Positions 59,416 through 64,000 of a DNA stretch of 64,000 nt are shown here, in pieces. Made by a program: the position numbers and the translations under genes. This DNA is from an uncultured delta proteobacterium (GTDB lineage Bacteria > Desulfobacterota > Binatia > UBA9968). Where the stretch lies: assembly GCA_963771465.1 (NCBI GenBank), contig CAVYTU010000001.1, positions 32,001 through 96,000 of the forward strand, in the 5' to 3' direction. Position 1 is the stretch's first letter. Each line of letters opens with the position of its first letter. The notes under the pieces were generated by a model. It saw nothing but the letters and a program-made list of their open reading frames with translations. It searched no databases and was not told the DNA's origin.

Positions 59416-60234
59416 TCACATTCGAGAATTGCAAATCAGCGGATCTTCCTCGGTTGGTAGCTTAAGGATTATCGCCTGACCGGTGGGTAGCGTTATGGGA
59501 GATTCCGGCTTATCCGCAAAATACTCGTCCACCGCGTCTTTTTCGCCGCGCGCCGCGGCGAAGGCGTATTCATCAAACAACAAAACACCCCCCGGAACGA
59601 GCCGTGGGTAAAAGTAACTGCAGCAATCCAACGTCGACTGATAAACATCGACGTCCAAATGGGCGAAAGCGTAGCGGTGGTCCTCCAGGCCGCGAAAGGT
59701 CCCCGGAATCCAGCCACAGCGAACGTCGATTATATTTCTAAATTCGCTTAACAAACCTTCCACTTTTTCCAGCGATTCGGCGGCATACTGTCCTTCGAAG
59801 AACCACTGATCCTTTTCGCCGCTTAGTTTGGGCAATCCTTGAAAGCTGTCAAATAGATACAGCTTTTTCTGCGCCCCATTGCCGAGTATTCGAGCAAGCA
59901 AAAGCGCGGTGCCGCCGTTCCATACTCCGCATTCGGCAAAGTCTCCCGCCAGATGACGCGCGTAACGCGCCAAGCTGATCAATATGTAACAGCGGTCGGG
60001 TGAAACCAATGTGTAAGGCTCAGCACCTTCATAGACGGATTGAAATTCCGGGTGTCCCGACCAGGGACTGAAAAGCGGACAAGGACCCACCCATTGAGAA
60101 TAGTATTGTGACTCTTTAACCGTCATTGCCGCTTTGAAGTCCACGTCTAAAACGTTCGGTTGACTCAGAGCATGAATCTCATAGCCCAGCCGATGTAAAA
60201 CCGCTTTGCAGCCGCGCTTTATATGCTGGATCAT
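59416..60234 (-). CDS. TylF/MycF family O-methyltransferase
   Basis: Motifs GDFAECGVWNGG, FDSFQGLP, HLDVDVY and FDEY. Confidence 0.9.
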   Translation of the reverse strand: MIQHIKRGCKAVLHRLGYEIHALSQPNVLDVDFKAAMTVKESQYYSQWVGPCPLFSPWSGHPEFQSVYEGAEPYTLVSPDRCYILISLARYARHLAGDFAECGVWNGGTALLLARILGNGAQKKLYLFDSFQGLPKLSGEKDQWFFEGQYAAESLEKVEGLLSEFRNIIDVRCGWIPGTFRGLEDHRYAFAHLDVDVYQSTLDCCSYFYPRLVPGGVLLFDEYAFAAARGEKDAVDEYFADKPESPITLPTGQAIILKLPTEEDPLICNSRM

Positions 60235-60247
60235 GACGTTCTACCGA

Positions 60248-61492
60248 TCAACCGATCACCCTCACCTTGGGAACAGGAAGAATAAACTTTCCGCCGCGGC
60301 GTAAATACTCTGCTTGCTGCGCCATAATCTCTTCGACAAAATTCCACGCCAGCAGCAGCACGTAGTCAGGCTGGTCCGATAGCAATCGCTCTGCAGGCAC
60401 AACAGGAATGTGCATTCCCGGTGTGTACCGTCCCTGTTTCAACGGGCTGCGATCGGCGATGTACTCGAGTAGATCGGAGCCAATCTCCAAAAAACTGAGC
60501 AGTGTGTTGCCTTTAGCCGGCGCTCCGTAACCGACCACGCGTTTACCTTGATCGCGGAGCCTGCTTAGCGTTCGGTGCAAATCCTCTTTGATGGTCATCG
60601 CCCGCTCCGCCAGACGCTGAAAGGTCCTAAACTGGTCCAGCCCATTAGCCCGCTCATTGTCGAGAAGAGCCACGACTTCCGGCTCGACATCGCCCTCGCC
60701 GTGGTTTTTGACAAATACCCGCAGCTGCCCATGGTGGAGTGGTAGCCGTTCCGCGGCGACGACATGCATCCCATTGGCCGCGAACAAACGGCGCATCGGG
60801 TCCAAGGCCCAGTAAGACACATGCTCATGATAGATCGTGTCGAACGCGACTTGTTCCACCAGATCCAAGAGATAGTGCGCTTCGATGACAAAAGTGCCAC
60901 CGGGCTTCAATACCGTCTTGATACCGCGAATGAAATCCTCAAGATTCTGGATATGGGGAAACGTGTTGGTGGCGGTAATCACGGATGCTTTGCCCCATCG
61001 CTCGACGACCCGCTTCGCGGTTTCCAAGTTAAAGAGCGCCGTGCAGCGCTCGAGGCCGTTTTGTGCGGTAAGCTCAGCCAGATTTTGCGCCGGATCGACA
61101 CCCAAGGTTCTCACCCCGTACCGTTTGAATCCCTGGAGCAGAGTCATGTCATTACAGCCAATGTCGATGACCAGATCATCCGCGCCCAACCGGCAACGTT
61201 CAGTGATATTGTCGCTGAGGTCCCACAAATGATTCTTTAGGGTTTCTGAGGCCGACGAAACGTATAAATAGTCATCGAACATCGCGTGCGGCGGCACCTG
61301 TTCTGTCAATTGCACGTGGTGACAACTGTGACAGAAGCCGATTTTCAGCGGAAACTTGGGTTCCTCTGCATCGATGTCCTCTTTGGCGATAAACTTATTG
61401 GCGAGCGCAGTACTGCCGAGATCTAAGAATTGTTCAACGCTGGGCTCGACGCAGAGAATGCATTGACCGCGACTCTGGTGGTTTTGTTCCAT
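60248..61492 (-). CDS. NDP-hexose C-methyltransferase
   Basis: Zn-binding CILC...CHSC, DIGCND, FDTIYHEH, YGAPAKGNTLL and LLAWNF. Confidence 0.9.
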   Translation of the reverse strand: MEQNHQSRGQCILCVEPSVEQFLDLGSTALANKFIAKEDIDAEEPKFPLKIGFCHSCHHVQLTEQVPPHAMFDDYLYVSSASETLKNHLWDLSDNITERCRLGADDLVIDIGCNDMTLLQGFKRYGVRTLGVDPAQNLAELTAQNGLERCTALFNLETAKRVVERWGKASVITATNTFPHIQNLEDFIRGIKTVLKPGGTFVIEAHYLLDLVEQVAFDTIYHEHVSYWALDPMRRLFAANGMHVVAAERLPLHHGQLRVFVKNHGEGDVEPEVVALLDNERANGLDQFRTFQRLAERAMTIKEDLHRTLSRLRDQGKRVVGYGAPAKGNTLLSFLEIGSDLLEYIADRSPLKQGRYTPGMHIPVVPAERLLSDQPDYVLLLAWNFVEEIMAQQAEYLRRGGKFILPVPKVRVIG

Positions 61493-61510
61493 TTGAACTC
61501 CGTGCACGAT

Positions 61511-62533
61511 TCAGTGGGCGAACGGCAACACCAAATGCGATCCATGCACCTCATGCGTGACTGGTACTTCGGTAAGAGTGCAGAGCGCTTGGCGCACGCT
61601 TTGTTGCTTTTCCGGCTTGACGATAAAGAGCAAAAACCCGCCTCCGCCAGCGCCGCAAAGCTTGCCTCCCTCCGCTCCTGCCGACATCGCTCTTTGATAC
61701 CATTGATCGATTTGCCCGGTGCTGATGGTGCTCGCCAGCTGCCGTTTCAATTGCCAGCTTTCGTTTAGTATTTGACCGAATTTTTCCGCATCAAAGTGCC
61801 CGTTAGAGGTCAGCGCTTGCAACTCGTACGCGTGGTTTCGCATAGTGAGCAAAGACTCCATTTGGGCCGCAGTATTGGCCTTCTGCTCGCTCAGCACCGA
61901 ACCGGAATCGCGCTGATGTCCGGTCCAAAACATCAAAATGTTGGCGAACAGCTCTGTGAGCCCCCCGTTCGCAACGCGCTGCGGCTCGACGGTGACGGCG
62001 CCACCGGGTTTGAAGCAGAAGAAATTGAGCCCGCCGAACGCCGCCGCATATTGGTCCTGTTTGCCAATGGGTTGTTTCAGGACGTCGATCTCGATGTGGC
62101 AGGCTTCTTCGGCCAATTGCCCTGCCGAAACGCGCTCGCCACGAAACGCATGGAGCGCATTCAATAAACCTACGGCAAAGCTGCTGGAGCCGCCGAGACC
62201 CGTGGAGGCAGGCAGATCGGCGACTGTACTGACGTAAATGGGCGGCTTGATTTCCAGTAACTGAAGACATTCGCGCGCGATATCGTTCTCGATCTCGTTG
62301 ATTGAGTTCACTTGCTCGCTTTTGGAGTAATTGACTCGAATGGCTTCGTTGAAAACGCTGCCATGGCGTTTAACGGTCACATAGATATATTTGTCGATAG
62401 CGGTGCTAAAGACTGCGCCGTGTTCGCAATTGTAGAAGTCCGACAAATCAGTCCCGCCTCCCGCAAAACTGACCCGCAGCGGGGTCCTCGTGATGACGAG
62501 ACCCGGATCGTTAATGTTCAACCGATTAACCAT
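61511..62533 (-). CDS. GHMP sugar kinase (HddA-like heptose-7-phosphate kinase)
   Basis: Motifs PLRVSFAGGGTD, PASTGLGGSS, GKQDQY and GGKLCGAGGGGF. Confidence 0.9.
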   Translation of the reverse strand: MVNRLNINDPGLVITRTPLRVSFAGGGTDLSDFYNCEHGAVFSTAIDKYIYVTVKRHGSVFNEAIRVNYSKSEQVNSINEIENDIARECLQLLEIKPPIYVSTVADLPASTGLGGSSSFAVGLLNALHAFRGERVSAGQLAEEACHIEIDVLKQPIGKQDQYAAAFGGLNFFCFKPGGAVTVEPQRVANGGLTELFANILMFWTGHQRDSGSVLSEQKANTAAQMESLLTMRNHAYELQALTSNGHFDAEKFGQILNESWQLKRQLASTISTGQIDQWYQRAMSAGAEGGKLCGAGGGGFLLFIVKPEKQQSVRQALCTLTEVPVTHEVHGSHLVLPFAH

Positions 62534-62975
62534 TCTTCAGCGACCAATCATAGGGAATTTCCGAACTAAACGGGTCCATGCGAATCATTTCGTCCGGGTC
62601 ATGCGGCTCGGTGGCGCAATTGGCGAGGATTACCATTTTATCGCCGAATGCCTTATAGCCGTTGGCGATGCCCGGCGGCATTTGCACCAAGACATAATTG
62701 TCCTCGCCCAGAAACACTTCCTGGAGCTCGCCACGGGTCGGCGACTTTTCGCGTTTGTCGTACATGACCAGTTTGGCGCGACCCGACAGGACTGCGTTAT
62801 TGATGGTCATCGATTTGTGCACATGCCACGCCTTTACGACACCGGGCCAGGCGCAGGAAAAATAAATTTCCCCGAAGCGAATGAAATGCGGGTCTGTCGC
62901 TTTCACCATGTGCATGATCTTGCCCCGCTCATCAGCGATTTGCCGCAGAGGAATGATTTTGACTCCGTCGATCAT
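62526..62975 (-). CDS. RmlC-like NDP-sugar 3,5-epimerase
   Basis: MIDGVKIIPL, DERG, VKAWHVH, DKREKSPT and PPGIANG. ATGA overlap with the upstream gene. Confidence 0.88.
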   Translation of the reverse strand: MIDGVKIIPLRQIADERGKIMHMVKATDPHFIRFGEIYFSCAWPGVVKAWHVHKSMTINNAVLSGRAKLVMYDKREKSPTRGELQEVFLGEDNYVLVQMPPGIANGYKAFGDKMVILANCATEPHDPDEMIRMDPFSSEIPYDWSLKNG

Positions 62976-64000
62976 CGCAGTGCCCCCGCTTCTGAATAGG
63001 CTTCGCGTTGCGCCGGGCGATTCCATTCGAGGGATTCGTCCAGCTGGTCGGTTTTGAGCAAGTGGCGCAGCCAGCGCAGTCGAGTAAACCGCTTGTCCGC
63101 CAAATCATCGGCGCTTAGGCCGATCTCCAGGAATTTTCGCCAGAGATCTCCAGCCCCGCGTTCGGCGGTCCAGCGAAATTTGAAATCGGGAAATGTGCGC
63201 GCGAATTTGCCGAAGTCGGCTTTATACGTGCGCTGATCGGCGCTGCTTTTGGCCTCGAGCGTGAGGCTGCAGTTGGGGACGGTTTGGGTGACGATATAGG
63301 CTAGGTCGAGAATTGTATAATTGAGCTCATTGGCTCCACTGTTGAACGCCTGGTTGTGAACTTGTTCAAGCGGTGCCTCGAGGACGGTCATGAATGCCGC
63401 TGCCACGTCTTGAATATGGATCACCGGTCGCCACGGCTTGCCGTCGCCGTGCACTACCACCCTGCCTGTGGTGTGCGCAGTGGCAACCAGGTCATTCAAG
63501 ACCGTGTCGAAGCGCATTCTGGGCGAGATCCCGTAGATTGTGCCATTGCGCAAAAACGTAGGCGAAAAGCTGTCAGCGGCTAATTTCGCGATTGCTTGCT
63601 CGGCCAAAACTTTCGAACGCGCATACTCTGTGCGCGGGTCGAGGGGCGATGTTTCGTCGACCACGCTGGCTTCGGACATGCCGTACATGATGCAAGATGA
63701 CGAAAACAGAAAGCGCTCGACTCCGGCCGCTTTAGCGTATTCAGCCAAGCGGACGCTGGCTTCACAGTTGATTTGACGCGTCCAATTGGCGTCGAGGTTG
63801 CCGATCGGATCGTTGCTCAAAGCGGCAAGATGAATCACCGCGTCGTAACCGCGCAAGTCGTCGGGACGAATCTGGCGAATGTCTTTGTTGATGGAACGAA
63901 TCGGCATCGGATCGGGGACCAGCGTGCAGGAGCTGAAGTAGCCCGTGTCAAGGCCGACCACGTCATGGCCCGCTTGCACCAGCAGCGGCGCCAGCACCGA
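62972..64000 (-). CDS. SDR nucleotide-sugar epimerase/dehydratase, 5' partial
   Basis: Motifs HLAALSNDP, SSSCIMYG, YARSK, RFDTVLN and DGKPWRP. Confidence 0.88.
   Translation of the reverse strand, partial: SVLAPLLVQAGHDVVGLDTGYFSSCTLVPDPMPIRSINKDIRQIRPDDLRGYDAVIHLAALSNDPIGNLDANWTRQINCEASVRLAEYAKAAGVERFLFSSSCIMYGMSEASVVDETSPLDPRTEYARSKVLAEQAIAKLAADSFSPTFLRNGTIYGISPRMRFDTVLNDLVATAHTTGRVVVHGDGKPWRPVIHIQDVAAAFMTVLEAPLEQVHNQAFNSGANELNYTILDLAYIVTQTVPNCSLTLEAKSSADQRTYKADFGKFARTFPDFKFRWTAERGAGDLWRKFLEIGLSADDLADKRFTRLRWLRHLLKTDQLDESLEWNRPAQREAYSEAGALR

Overview
High-GC bacterial chromosome segment. Its gene content (many orphan NitT/TauT-type binding proteins, a thiolase+DUF35 pair, CoxD/E, ExeA ATPases) suggests a deltaproteobacterium-like lineage such as Ca. 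Binatota; this is inference only. Genes left of about 19.2 kb run mostly on +, genes to the right almost all on -. They converge on a 28-bp Xer/dif-like site (19172-19199), so the window probably contains the replication terminus. 1-19 kb: transport and housekeeping genes (binding proteins, uup, NUDIX, NRDE, CoxD/E, miaB, DUF151, YfgM-like). 19.3-23.1 kb: a minus-strand cluster of a heme-oxygenase-like diiron protein, a cyclase, a DHDPS-family aldolase and an SQR-like flavoprotein. The flavoprotein's second catalytic Cys codon is an in-frame TGA followed by a hairpin, so it is a probable selenoprotein. 23.6-24.4 kb: two convergent, mutually homologous small proteins and a degenerate tRNA 3' half with a terminator (possible att scar). 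24.9 kb to the end: a large ABC-exporter (Wzm/Wzt) polysaccharide locus with ExeA ATPases, a degenerate sigma54 activator and many methyltransferases. Two unrelated glycan enzymes carry nearly the same C-terminal PAS domain, a nucleotide-sugar dehydrogenase lacks its catalytic Cys, and three decayed gene remnants (methyltransferase, old wzt, FkbH) lie between genes. About five apparent single-base insertions suggest long-read assembly errors. No CRISPR, rRNA, intact tRNA, integrase or transposase was recognised.
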